A stretch of DNA of 64,000 nucleotides from contig JAQTPC010000001.1 in the NCBI GenBank assembly GCA_028713005.1, positions 33,414-97,413 of the forward strand, written 5' to 3'. Within the stretch, counting starts at the first letter, position 1; every line of letters starts with the position of its first letter. The translations under genes and the position numbers were made by a program. Below the pieces are notes generated by a model. That model ran no database searches. It saw nothing but the letters and a program-made list of their open reading frames with translations, and was not told the origin of the DNA. Positions 9,647-18,710 of this stretch are shown one piece after another. Origin of the DNA: Minisyncoccota bacterium (GTDB lineage: Bacteria; Patescibacteriota; Minisyncoccia; Phycocordibacterales; PALSA-1337).

Positions 9647-10324
9647 ATGAATAAAATAGAAATCATCCCCGCTATCCTCGTCGACGATTTTGAGGAGCTC
9701 CAAGACAAGATCGAGCTTATCAAGCTGAATACCAAACGTATACAGATCGATATTTGTGATGGTCAATTCACTCCGAGTGCCACGTGGCCATATAGAAAAC
9801 CTGACAATAACTTCGAGATGCTCATTCGTGAAGATCAGTCACTGCCTGGCTGGGAAAAGATCGACTACGAGTTCGACCTTATGCTCAACAAACCAGAAGA
9901 AGTCGTTGATGATTGGGTATCTGTCGGCGCAACTCGTATTGTTTTGCACGCTGAGTCAAAAGGAGACATAAAAGCTGCGATTGAAAAATTGCAAGGTAGA
10001 GTAGAAATTGGTTTGGCTTTGAATATTGATACACCAATCTCAATGATCAATGACGCAATAACCAATAACCAAATTCAATTCGTCCAGCTCATGGGTATTG
10101 ATCATATCGGTTTTCAAGGACAAGATTTTGATGCAAAAGTTTTGGAAAAGATACAAGAAGTCAAAAAGCTCTATCCGGATATACCCGTTTCTATCGATGG
10201 GGGAGTTAGTCTTGAGACAGCACAAGATCTCATTGATGCAGGCGCAGATAGGTTGGTCATCGGTTCAGCTATTTTGAATGCAGAGAGTCCGCTCAATGCT
10301 CTCGAGGAGTTTCAGAGTTTATAA
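9647..10324 (+). CDS. rpe: ribulose-phosphate 3-epimerase
   Basis: …IQIDICDGQFTPSATWP… TIM-barrel RPE motifs. Confidence 0.85.
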   Translation: MNKIEIIPAILVDDFEELQDKIELIKLNTKRIQIDICDGQFTPSATWPYRKPDNNFEMLIREDQSLPGWEKIDYEFDLMLNKPEEVVDDWVSVGATRIVLHAESKGDIKAAIEKLQGRVEIGLALNIDTPISMINDAITNNQIQFVQLMGIDHIGFQGQDFDAKVLEKIQEVKKLYPDIPVSIDGGVSLETAQDLIDAGADRLVIGSAILNAESPLNALEEFQSL

Positions 10325-10346
10325 TTTCATCAGTAATCTAAGATAC

Positions 10347-10379
10347 CCACACCTGCTAGGTCGGACCTAGCAGGTGTGG
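10347..10379. repeat. Family-1 variant palindrome
   Basis: ccacacctg-ctaggtcggacctag-caggtgtgg. The same core unit flanked by a different inverted pair, downstream of rpe. Confidence 0.7.
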
Positions 10380-10405
10380 AGTATTTCGTATGATATACTA
10401 TTCCT

Positions 10406-11254
10406 ATGTCATTGACCGATGAAAAAGTAAAGCTCCTCGAAGCAAAAGCCCTCGACATCCGTCGTTCGCTCATCGAATCTCTCATTGAAGCAAAATCAGG
10501 TCATACCGCTGGTCCGCTCGATATGGCCGACATCTTCACCTATCTCTATTTCCACGCGCTCAAGCACGATCCAAAGAAACCCGCGTGGCCATATCGCGAC
10601 CGTCTCATCCTCTCAAACGGCCACATCTGTCCGGTGCTCTACTCAACCATGGCGCATGCAGGGTATTTTCCTGTATCTGAACTCAAAACACTCCGCAAGT
10701 TTGGCTCACGTCTCCAAGGGCACCCACATCGTGAGTGGCTACCTATGCTCGAAAACTCTTCTGGTCCGCTCGGTTCAGGACTTTCCCAAGCTGTCGGCAT
10801 GGCAATGGCTGACAAGATCGACAACGGCAAGACATCAGGAAAATATTTCTACTGCTTGCTCGGTGATGGTGAGCTTGATGAAGGAAACAATTGGGAAGCC
10901 ATTATGTTCGCGGCGCGAGAAAAGCTTCATAATGTGATTGCTATAGTTGATCGTAACAATATCCAGATAGATGGGTTCACCGAGGATGTCATGCCACTCA
11001 ATCCGCTCACTGACAAATGGAAAGCGTTTAATTGGCATGTCATCGAGGTTGATGGACACAATTTCCGTGATATCGACCGTGCGGTTGGTGAGGCACAGGC
11101 TGTCTTCGACAAACCATCAGTCATCATCGCAAATACGATTGCCTCAAAGGGTATTCCGGCTTTTGAACGTAAGTTTGAATGGCATGGTAAGCCACCGGGT
11201 ACGCCAGAGGAGATAAAGACGGCTAGGGAAGCGTTGGGGATTAATAAAAATTAA
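10406..11254 (+). CDS. transketolase, N-terminal (TPP-binding) subunit
   Basis: GHTAGPLDMADIF, LSNGH and GDGELDEGNNWEA motifs. A split transketolase. Confidence 0.88.
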   Translation: MSLTDEKVKLLEAKALDIRRSLIESLIEAKSGHTAGPLDMADIFTYLYFHALKHDPKKPAWPYRDRLILSNGHICPVLYSTMAHAGYFPVSELKTLRKFGSRLQGHPHREWLPMLENSSGPLGSGLSQAVGMAMADKIDNGKTSGKYFYCLLGDGELDEGNNWEAIMFAAREKLHNVIAIVDRNNIQIDGFTEDVMPLNPLTDKWKAFNWHVIEVDGHNFRDIDRAVGEAQAVFDKPSVIIANTIASKGIPAFERKFEWHGKPPGTPEEIKTAREALGINKN

Positions 11255-11255
11255 T

Positions 11256-11474
11256 ATGAATTTCATTGCGATTCCATTTATTACATTAAGTTTACTTCTG
11301 CCAATTATAATTTTGATTGCGCTTATTTATGCAACAATTGTGCTCAGAAAACAGAAAAGATACTTTCTATTAATATTTTTGTATATTTTAACTATATTCA
11401 TAATTTATTCAGCTGGTGATAAGATATTTTATACTTTTATTGAATTAATTCATGGACAAAATATTTACCCTTAA
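11256..11474 (+). CDS. small hydrophobic protein (72 aa) in an AT-rich insert between the transketolase halves
   Basis: Two predicted TM helices in a very AT-rich stretch. The gene may be spurious. Confidence 0.3.
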   Translation: MNFIAIPFITLSLLLPIIILIALIYATIVLRKQKRYFLLIFLYILTIFIIYSAGDKIFYTFIELIHGQNIYP

Positions 11475-11492
11475 TAAATAATAAAAACTAAC

Positions 11493-11744
11493 ATGAGAAC
11501 AATCGAAACAATCTTAAAACTATCTTTCCTTGGACTTTCTATTTATTTCTTGAGTACACAAGCAGTGTTGTCTCCTTTATTTAACTTACTTCTTCTCGTA
11601 AGTATCGTTCTTGGCATGGTCCTCATGTTCAATCATGAAGCCAGTTACCATTTCAAGCAGACAAAGAAGGATTTGAATATCCGTAAAATAGAGGGTGGGG
11701 TACTCATATTCTTTGCTGCGATCGTAAGTAGTTTGGGATTGTAA
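11493..11744 (+). CDS. small hydrophobic protein (83 aa) in the same AT-rich insert
   Basis: Two or three predicted TM helices in AT-rich sequence. Confidence 0.3.
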   Translation: MRTIETILKLSFLGLSIYFLSTQAVLSPLFNLLLLVSIVLGMVLMFNHEASYHFKQTKKDLNIRKIEGGVLIFFAAIVSSLGL

Positions 11745-11753
11745 TTTATTTTA

Positions 11754-12767
11754 ATGCTTAACCCTCACCAAAAACTTAACCCGCACCTCTTCGACAAGGA
11801 CGTCGAACAAGTTCCTATACGCAAAGGATTTGGTGAGGGACTCCTCCAAGCAGCCGAAGCAGACAAGCGCATCGTCGGCCTCTGTGCAGACCTGACTGAG
11901 TCGACGCACATGCTCGCTTTCAAGCAAAAGTTCCCAGAACGATTCGTAGAGATGGGCATCGCTGAACAAAATCTCGCCGCATTAGCTTCAGGTATGGCCG
12001 CTATGGGCAAAGTTCCATTCATCACCTCATATGCGATGTTTAGTCCTGGTCGTAATTGGGAACAAATACGTACGACCATCGCGTATAATAATAGACCGGT
12101 AAAAATCGCCGGTTCACATGCTGGTATATCAGTCGGCCCAGATGGAGGCACACACCAAGCTATCGAAGATATCGCCATCACTCGTGTCATACCTCGTATG
12201 GTCGTCATCGCACCCTGTGACTCTATCGAAGCGCGCAAGGCAACTATCGCTTCAAGCAAGACAGACTCGCCAACCTATATCCGCCTTGCACGTGAGAAAA
12301 CTCCAGTCATAACTACTGACGAGACGCCGTTTGAGATAGGGAAAGCTCAAGTGGTATTTGACTCACGTGTCTCAAGTGATTCACATAAAAGAGATCTCGA
12401 TGTAGGTATCATCGCTACTGGTGCTCTCCTCTACAAAGCACTCAAAGCTGCTCGTAAACTCAATCAAGAAGGGAAAAATGTGGCAGTGGTTAACCTTTCA
12501 ACGATCAAGCCACTCGATGAAGATACGATCATCAAAGTCGCTCATGACGCTGGTGCTATCGTCACCGTTGAAGAGCATCAGATCGCGGGAGGTATGGGTT
12601 CAGTTGTAGCTGAATGCCTCGCGAAGCATTTCCCAGTACCGATCGAGTTTGTCGGAGTAAAAGATCTGTTCGGCCAATCAGGTACTCCTGATGAGCTCAT
12701 TGCGCACTATGGTATGGATGAAAAAGATATTCATCAAGCCGTATTGAAAGTGCTGTTGAGAAAGTAA
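11754..12767 (+). CDS. transketolase, C-terminal (pyrimidine-binding + C-terminal domain) subunit
   Basis: …FVEMGIAEQNLAALASGMA…SHAGISVGPDGGTHQAIEDIA… motifs. Confidence 0.88.
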   Translation: MLNPHQKLNPHLFDKDVEQVPIRKGFGEGLLQAAEADKRIVGLCADLTESTHMLAFKQKFPERFVEMGIAEQNLAALASGMAAMGKVPFITSYAMFSPGRNWEQIRTTIAYNNRPVKIAGSHAGISVGPDGGTHQAIEDIAITRVIPRMVVIAPCDSIEARKATIASSKTDSPTYIRLAREKTPVITTDETPFEIGKAQVVFDSRVSSDSHKRDLDVGIIATGALLYKALKAARKLNQEGKNVAVVNLSTIKPLDEDTIIKVAHDAGAIVTVEEHQIAGGMGSVVAECLAKHFPVPIEFVGVKDLFGQSGTPDELIAHYGMDEKDIHQAVLKVLLRK

Positions 12768-12789
12768 ATCCCCGAGGGTAGGCCTCGGG

Positions 12790-12818
12790 TTGACACTTAT
12801 ATATAATAAGAGTATAAT
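12790..12818 (+). promoter_or_regulatory. consensus sigma70-type promoter (TTGACA-17-TATAAT)
   Basis: ttgaca at 12790-12795, a 17-nt spacer, then tataat at 12813-12818. A hairpin (ccccgagg/cctcggg) lies just upstream. Confidence 0.6.
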
Positions 12819-12882
12819 ATTACTCAAAGTTCACAAGGCACGTGTTTGTTTTTACAAATACGAGCACAACATAAAGGCACAA

Positions 12883-13350
12883 ATGAAAGATAATCTATCA
12901 CTTGTGTTAACCAAACCAGAAGGAACGGGTTTTTTGGATACTGCTCGGGTGGAATTGCCACACGTAGGCAAAGTGGTCCTGGAAAAATCGGTGACAATTA
13001 CCGAAGAAATGCTTCGTGTCATGTATCCGAACGACACTGACGAGGAACGGAGCGTTAACCACCCACACATGCTCGGTAAAACGTGCGTGGTGTTTGTCCT
13101 TGAAGGACAGAACATTGTCAACGACCTCTTCGTCTTTGTTGGTAAAGATCGAAATCCTGAGATGTGTGATCCGCGTTCACTGCGCTATCGAGTATGGAAT
13201 TCGGGTTTTTTCCCACTTCCAGTCCTCATGCCCAGTAACAAGGAATACTACTTCAATGGTTTTCATCGGGTCAAAACGGCTGAAGAATTCCACCTGCAAG
13301 CACCCATCATCCTCAATGGTAGTTACGACGTTTTGGTTAATACTCAATAA
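12883..13350 (+). CDS. divergent nucleoside-diphosphate-kinase-like protein
   Basis: LSLVLTKPEG…, …HMLGKTCVVFVLEGQNIVND…GKDRNPEMCDPRSLRY… and …NGFHRV… are colinear with NDK motifs but weakly conserved. I chose this start because the upstream ORF extension would overlap the promoter. Confidence 0.4.
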   Translation: MKDNLSLVLTKPEGTGFLDTARVELPHVGKVVLEKSVTITEEMLRVMYPNDTDEERSVNHPHMLGKTCVVFVLEGQNIVNDLFVFVGKDRNPEMCDPRSLRYRVWNSGFFPLPVLMPSNKEYYFNGFHRVKTAEEFHLQAPIILNGSYDVLVNTQ

Positions 13351-13388
13351 GAGCGGCAGGTTCTAAACCAGCCGCTCTTTCTTTTACC
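13351..13388 (+). terminator. intrinsic terminator
   Basis: gagcggc-N13-gccgctc, then tttcttttac. Confidence 0.7.
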
Positions 13389-13399
13389 CAAAACTGCAC

Positions 13400-14209
13400 C
13401 CTTAAGTTATACACAACCCCCTTGCGCGCCAGAATATTAGTGCTAAGATTATATCTATGAACATCGTGATTACAAAGTTTACCTCTCCTTCAAACCTCGC
13501 GTCTAAGACGCAGGTTGTTGGAAGTCGGACTTTGTAACAAATTCTCCTCAATTGGTTACAACATCGGGCTCCCAACGAAAAGGGAGTCCGTTTTGCATAT
13601 CCACCCGCTTGAGCGGACTGGAACGAGTGCAAAAGCAGTTCATTTGAAAGCTCAAAAGACTATGAATACCGAGAATCACGCAACCAATGGTGTGCCTCTT
13701 GCCTTAACATCAACAATTGATTTGTTTGCAACGAGGCGGACACGCAGCAAATATGCTGCCAAAATGCAGGGTCGGATCGGCTGGTGGCACCCTCCCGGCA
13801 AAAAAGCGACAGCCTATTGGTGGTCCGAAAAGCTGGAGCGATGGAACTTGGTTCAAACCAATCCACGCAAAGATAAAGCAACTCGCTTGATGCGAACACC
13901 CCAAGTCAGTCCCGCCTCGTCTCACGTTGGCTGGGAAGCAGGTATCAAATCTCCCATTTTGCCCGGTGAATCTTCCGGCGATCCGGAATTTGAACATGGT
14001 AATGGTGATTAATTCAATTTGTAGACCAGATGTGTATGACGCTGTGTCACATCACTCTGATGTGCTGCCTACAGCATGTCTGGTCTCCACGATTTTGGGC
14101 ACCGATCGGCAAACGCCTAGATAAAGTTATCCTGAGAGAAACCTCTAGTGCGTCGCTCGGTTCAAGCTCATAAGCGCACGGTCTATACTGTGCGCTTTTT
14201 TATTTTTTG
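13400..14209 (+). ncRNA. candidate large structured ncRNA (unidentified); boundaries approximate
   Basis: About 800 bp with no credible ORF in any frame; the longest is a composition-poor 165 aa. GC is visibly higher than the flanks. Many extended hairpins are present, for example gggctccc/gggagtcc, agtccg/cggact, ttccgg/ccggaa, and a long stem around 14014-14088. It ends in a strong terminator. Confidence 0.3.
14175..14209 (+). terminator. intrinsic terminator
   Basis: gcgcac-N10-gtgcgc, then ttttttatttttt. Confidence 0.75.
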
Positions 14210-14282
14210 AGTCATCTACTTCTTCGGTTGACATGCATATATCAACGTAATAGAGTTGGATTAAAGAAAGGAGACTTGCACC

Positions 14283-14747
14283 ATGAAAACAACTGAAAGA
14301 ATACTCGTTCGGGTTATGCCCGAAGCAATGTCGCGTCTCGTGTGGATCATGCGTCAGTTGCTTTCAACTCACGCAAAAATACTTCACAAGCGCGTAGTGA
14401 ACCTCGACACTGACACAGTCAATGCACTTCATCCAACCGCAAACGGTCAGGTGAAGGCAGAGATTCTGCAGCGTCTCAAGGGTCAGCAGATCGGCCTGTT
14501 TCTTCTTGAAGGTGAAAATGTGGTTGAACACATCACACGACTGGTTGGAACAGATAATAAGCAGTATTTGTGGACGATAAACACATTGCAGGGTCAATTA
14601 CTCGTGGAGTTCTACCTCCGTATCAATCGCTCATACGCGGATAGCGTCTACCACTACCACTTCATCGAGTGTGTAACCGACCCTGACGAAATCAAGCGTC
14701 AATACGCTCTTCTGACAGATAAATCACTCTACTCAAAAACGTTTTGA
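14283..14747 (+). CDS. hypothetical protein (154 aa)
   Basis: Strong Shine-Dalgarno (aaaggag) 8 nt upstream; no recognisable domain. Confidence 0.5.
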   Translation: MKTTERILVRVMPEAMSRLVWIMRQLLSTHAKILHKRVVNLDTDTVNALHPTANGQVKAEILQRLKGQQIGLFLLEGENVVEHITRLVGTDNKQYLWTINTLQGQLLVEFYLRINRSYADSVYHYHFIECVTDPDEIKRQYALLTDKSLYSKTF

Positions 14748-14755
14748 TCACATTC

Positions 14756-14788
14756 AGCGCATCCTTCACTGGTATGCGCTGTTTTTTT
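14756..14788 (+). terminator. intrinsic terminator
   Basis: agcgcat-N11-atgcgct, then gtttttttg. Confidence 0.65.
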
Positions 14789-14792
14789 GATT

Positions 14793-14880
14793 CGACAGGT
14801 CCGACCTAGTTCTAGGTCGGACCTGTCGGGAAAACTATCATTTTGTTAAGTAAACTCGTTGCTTACAGGTCGGACCTGGC
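14793..14880. repeat. Family-1 composite element (full palindrome + spacer + single arm), inverted relative to the 5584-5667 copy
   Basis: cgacaggtccgacctagttctaggtcggacctgtcg at 14793-14828, then a spacer similar to the reverse complement of 5600-5640, then acaggtcggacctgg at 14865-14879. Confidence 0.8.
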
Positions 14881-14926
14881 AAAACATCCTTTAAATACCT
14901 CTACTTTTGTGTTATAAAGTAAGCCT

Positions 14927-17002
14927 ATGTCCGCCAAACCCCTCTTTCAACTCGCGACACCATATAAACCAGCAGGTGACCAACCAAAGGCTATTTCAGG
15001 GCTCGTAGAAGGGCTCAAGAAGGGTTTTACCAAGCAAACCTTGCTCGGAGTCACAGGCTCAGGTAAGACCTTTACCGCGGCTAATGTCATCACTCAGTTC
15101 AACAAGCCGACCCTTGTCATTGCTCATAATAAAACCCTTGCCGCACAGCTTGCCCAGGAGTATCGTGAATTTTTCCCGCACAATGCAGTGCACTATTTCG
15201 TCTCATACTATGACTACTATCAGCCAGAGGCATATATTCCATCGAGTGATACATACATCGAAAAAGAAGCCATGATCAATGAAGAGATCGAGCGTCTCCG
15301 TCACGCATCGACGCAAGCACTTCTTACGCGTAAGGATGTAATTATAGTTGCGTCAGTTTCTTGTATATACGGTTTGGGTAGTCCTGAAGAATATGAAAAG
15401 GTGAATCTCAAACTCAAAGTCGGCATGGAACTATCGCGCGCAGAGCTCATCCGCAAATTGATCGACATTCACTTTGAACGCACACTGGCTGATCTGAAGT
15501 CTGGTCAATTCCGCGCAACAGGCAATATGCTCGAAGTCATGCCCGTCAACGAAAAGACTATTTATCGTATCGAGTACGACACCAACGACAAAGGTGAGGC
15601 GGTCATCTCACTCATCACCGAGCTTGATCCCGTCAGTCGTTCCGTGCGTGCCAGTCATGAGGCTATCTTCATTTTCCCAGCAAAGCACTTCATCTCATCT
15701 GATGAGCAGAGTGCCAAAGCGTACAAGACCATCCAAGCTGAGCTCGTCGATAGACTCAAAGTGCTCGAAAAGGGAGGCAAGATGCTCGAAGCAGAACGTC
15801 TCAAGCGTCGCGTCAAGTATGATCTCTCTATGATCAAGGAGATCGGGTATACGAACGGCATTGAGAACTATTCACGTCACTTCAGTGGGCACATGCCCGG
15901 TGAAGCGCCTGATACACTCCTCGCATACTTTCCAAAAGACAAAGATGGCAATCCAGACTTCCTGACCATCATCGATGAGTCGCATGTCACCATCCCACAG
16001 TTGAACGGTATGTATGCCGGCGATGCCTCACGCAAAGAGACGCTGATCGAGCACGGTTTCCGTTTGCCGTCTGCCAAGGACAATAGACCGCTCAAATTCC
16101 CGGAGTTCCTCGAACGTGTGGGCCCCATGATCTATACCTCAGCGACGCCAGGTAAATATGAAGTAGCCGAATCACAAAATGTCGTCGAGCAAGTCATCCG
16201 TCCAACTGGCCTCATTGATCCGGTGGTTGATATCAAGCCAATCAGGGAAAATGCGTCGAGTGGCTACAAGGGTCAAATATTTGATTTCATTGAGGAAGCA
16301 GAGAAGACTATCAAGAGCGGTTTCCGTGTCATCGCCACCACTCTGACCAAAAAGATGGCTGAGGATCTGTCTGAATTCCTCAAGGAAAAGAAGATCAAAG
16401 CGGCATATCTCCACAGCGATATCAAAACCATTGAGCGCATCAATATCCTCACTGACTTCCGCAGAGGGAAGTACGATATCGTCGTGGGCGTCAACCTCCT
16501 CCGTGAAGGACTGGATCTCCCTGAAGTGTCCCTCATCGGCATCCTCGATGCTGACAAAGAAGGCTTCCTCCGCAGTGAGACCTCTCTCATCCAGACTATC
16601 GGCCGTGCGGCGCGCAACTCTGCTGGTCGCGTCATCCTCTATGCCGACACCATGACCGACTCCATGAAGAATGCCATCCGCGAAACTGATCGCCGTCGCG
16701 CCATCCAGGTCGCATACAATACCGAGCATGGCATCACCCCAACCACCATCATCAAGGCTATCCATGACATCACCGACCAGTTGCGCACTGAGCATGATAA
16801 GGCGGTGAATGCACTTGTGAAGATCGATGAGGAATTGGCGCGCACTGACCCCAAGAAGCTCTACCGCATGAAGGAGGAAGCTATGGCCGAGGCTGTGCAA
16901 GCGCTCGACTTTGAGACTGCGGCACTCATACGCGATGAGCTTTTCAAGTTGGAGGAAAAGATGGGTGTGCCGGGGAGGAAGGGTAATAAATTATATGAAT
17001 AA
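14927..17002 (+). CDS. uvrB: excinuclease ABC subunit B
   Basis: Walker A GVTGSGKTFT, the UvrB beta-hairpin region, helicase motifs, and a C-terminal UVR domain (ALDFETAALIRDELFKLEE). Confidence 0.92.
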   Translation: MSAKPLFQLATPYKPAGDQPKAISGLVEGLKKGFTKQTLLGVTGSGKTFTAANVITQFNKPTLVIAHNKTLAAQLAQEYREFFPHNAVHYFVSYYDYYQPEAYIPSSDTYIEKEAMINEEIERLRHASTQALLTRKDVIIVASVSCIYGLGSPEEYEKVNLKLKVGMELSRAELIRKLIDIHFERTLADLKSGQFRATGNMLEVMPVNEKTIYRIEYDTNDKGEAVISLITELDPVSRSVRASHEAIFIFPAKHFISSDEQSAKAYKTIQAELVDRLKVLEKGGKMLEAERLKRRVKYDLSMIKEIGYTNGIENYSRHFSGHMPGEAPDTLLAYFPKDKDGNPDFLTIIDESHVTIPQLNGMYAGDASRKETLIEHGFRLPSAKDNRPLKFPEFLERVGPMIYTSATPGKYEVAESQNVVEQVIRPTGLIDPVVDIKPIRENASSGYKGQIFDFIEEAEKTIKSGFRVIATTLTKKMAEDLSEFLKEKKIKAAYLHSDIKTIERINILTDFRRGKYDIVVGVNLLREGLDLPEVSLIGILDADKEGFLRSETSLIQTIGRAARNSAGRVILYADTMTDSMKNAIRETDRRRAIQVAYNTEHGITPTTIIKAIHDITDQLRTEHDKAVNALVKIDEELARTDPKKLYRMKEEAMAEAVQALDFETAALIRDELFKLEEKMGVPGRKGNKLYE

Positions 17003-18017
17003 ATTTGATGACATCAGTAAGTATATTTCTAAAAATCTCAACGAAAATACTTTGCAAGTAGCTGTGCGCGAAGGTATAAGCTTAGAGTTTAAAGAAAATT
17101 ACGATTGGTCAAATAAAGATGACTATGCGAAAACTATCGCATCATTCGCTAATAATCGCGGTGGTTACCTTATATTTGGAATTACAAACGCACCCAGAAT
17201 ACTGAAAGGTTTATCAAGTAATAATTTCGAGAATCAAGATGATGCTATTATTACTTCCTACTTGAACAGTGTATTTTCTCCTGAAATTAATTACGAAAAA
17301 TATGAAAAAATAGTAGTAGATAAAAGGATTGGGGTTATCTATGTTCATCAGTCACAGCAAAAACCAATTGTTGCAATTAAAAATGATAAAGGAATCAAGG
17401 AAGCAGAAATCTACTACAGATACAAAGCGAGAAGTGAGAAAATTAAATTTCCTGAGCTTAAAAGTATTTTCGATAATATACGCGAAAAAGAGAGAGATAA
17501 TTGGATGAATTTATTTGAAAAAATATCAAAAATTGGTCCAGAAAATGTGGGGGTTATGGATACGGTTAGAGGCACCTTAGAGGGAAAAGGCGGGTCACTT
17601 CTTATTGATAGTAAACTCGTTCCTAAGCTTAAATTTATTAAGGATGGTCATTTCAGTGAAAATGGAAAGATTGCCCTTAAGTTGATTGGTGACATCAAAC
17701 CTGTTTCTGTTGCAAGTTACGGTAAAATAGGGAGCGCATCCATAAGAATTACGGATGATCCAACAGCTTTTGCAATTAGTGAAGAAACTATTCTTAAACA
17801 GTACCCCTTAGATTATTTTGATTTGATTAAAGCGTTACGAACTAGATTTCCTAGCCTCAAAATTAACCCTGAATTCCATAAAATCAAGGATATATTAATT
17901 AAAAATCCAAAGTACTGCATAACACGCTATCTCGATCCAAATAAAAAGAAAGGTAGTCAAAAGTCATTTTATAGTAATTCAATTATTAAAGAGTTTGATA
18001 AACATTATAAAAAATGA
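16995..18017 (+). CDS. AlbA_2 (Schlafen-like 'divergent AAA' DNA-binding) domain protein
   Basis: N-terminal …ISLEFKENYDW…AKTIASFANNRGGYLIFGITNAPRILKG… matches the E.LEFK…AFAN..GG.i.fGv signature; the C-terminal 200 aa are unassigned. The start overlaps the uvrB stop by 8 nt, and the gene is much more AT-rich than uvrB. Confidence 0.6.
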   Translation: MNKFDDISKYISKNLNENTLQVAVREGISLEFKENYDWSNKDDYAKTIASFANNRGGYLIFGITNAPRILKGLSSNNFENQDDAIITSYLNSVFSPEINYEKYEKIVVDKRIGVIYVHQSQQKPIVAIKNDKGIKEAEIYYRYKARSEKIKFPELKSIFDNIREKERDNWMNLFEKISKIGPENVGVMDTVRGTLEGKGGSLLIDSKLVPKLKFIKDGHFSENGKIALKLIGDIKPVSVASYGKIGSASIRITDDPTAFAISEETILKQYPLDYFDLIKALRTRFPSLKINPEFHKIKDILIKNPKYCITRYLDPNKKKGSQKSFYSNSIIKEFDKHYKK

Positions 18018-18640
18018 ATCGAAAATACTACAGAAGTAAACGACAAAGCCCACTTGATACATTTCTTGACGAACTCTTTGATTTCATAGTTTTTATTTTT
18101 GTTACACTTTTTAGATACTGTTGGAAATTAATCAAAAATACTCGTACGACAAGACCAAATCTAAAATTGAACATAGAAATACCCTCTGTGCCAAATGTAA
18201 ATAATAGTTTAGCTGATGACAGTAAAGTAACTACTTCAGAATCTCGTTATATCTTAAAAGAAAGTTTGGTGACAAATGCTGAAAAGGAATTCTTGAAAGT
18301 TTTAGAGACTGTAGTTGGCAATAGTTATCGTATCGAATCACAGGTTCCACTATCTGGAATAGTTAAACCAATCGATTCAAGTGATCATTGGACTAACTAT
18401 CGTGATTTTAATCCGATTAAGTCAAAGTCGATTGATTTCGTCTTATATGACAAGGATTACAAACCATATTTGGCTATTGAACTGGATGATCGTTCACATT
18501 CAAGATGGGATAGAATTAAGAGAGACCAGATCGTAAACGAGATAATGAAGAGTGTGGGATTGCGCATCGTTCATATACCATTTTCCTATCGCTATAATCC
18601 TGAGAAATTAAAGAGTGAGATATTTATCGAGAATGCTTAG
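18014..18640 (+). CDS. membrane-anchored Vsr/DUF559/DUF2726-like (restriction-endonuclease-fold) protein
   Basis: N-terminal TM helix. The C-terminal …IDFVLYDKDYKPYLAIELDDRSHSRWDRIKRDQIVNEIMKSVGLRIVHIPF… matches the …DF.l….aIE.DG..H…..rD..r…L…G..v.R signature. A 4-nt ATGA overlap joins it to the previous gene. Confidence 0.5.
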   Translation: MNRKYYRSKRQSPLDTFLDELFDFIVFIFVTLFRYCWKLIKNTRTTRPNLKLNIEIPSVPNVNNSLADDSKVTTSESRYILKESLVTNAEKEFLKVLETVVGNSYRIESQVPLSGIVKPIDSSDHWTNYRDFNPIKSKSIDFVLYDKDYKPYLAIELDDRSHSRWDRIKRDQIVNEIMKSVGLRIVHIPFSYRYNPEKLKSEIFIENA

Positions 18641-18710
18641 TGATTTTTAATTTTTGAGATTAAAGTATAAGAGCTTGTAATTTTTATTAACAGATATATA
18701 GTAAGTAAAT

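Noticed and set aside
12790-12882. Longer start for the ndk-like gene (ORF-track start 12790)
   Set aside because: The extension would begin inside the -35 box of a consensus promoter and encodes non-conserved residues. The internal Met at 12883 has an aaagg SD.
13515-14012. 165-aa plus-strand ORF and several 60-95-aa minus-strand ORFs inside the GC-rich non-coding locus
   Set aside because: The amino-acid composition is not protein-like (Pro/Arg/Gly/Trp-rich, no domain pattern) and no SD is present. The frames are short and overlapping in all directions, so I treat the region as non-coding.
13400-14209. tmRNA, RNase P RNA, SRP RNA, or TPP riboswitch (a CUGAGA at about 14133) as identities for the ncRNA candidate
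   Set aside because: I found no tag-peptide reading frame or tRNA-like 3' end, and no GGAAAGUCCGG / ACAGAAnCCGGCUUA P4 strands. There is no SRP domain-IV motif. The CUGAGA lacks the rest of the THI-box (ACCUGAUCUGG…).
1797-14880. CRISPR array formed by the GGTCCGACCTAG repeats
   Set aside because: The copies are palindromic, irregularly spaced by kilobases and located after stop codons. There is no regular repeat-spacer architecture and no cas genes.
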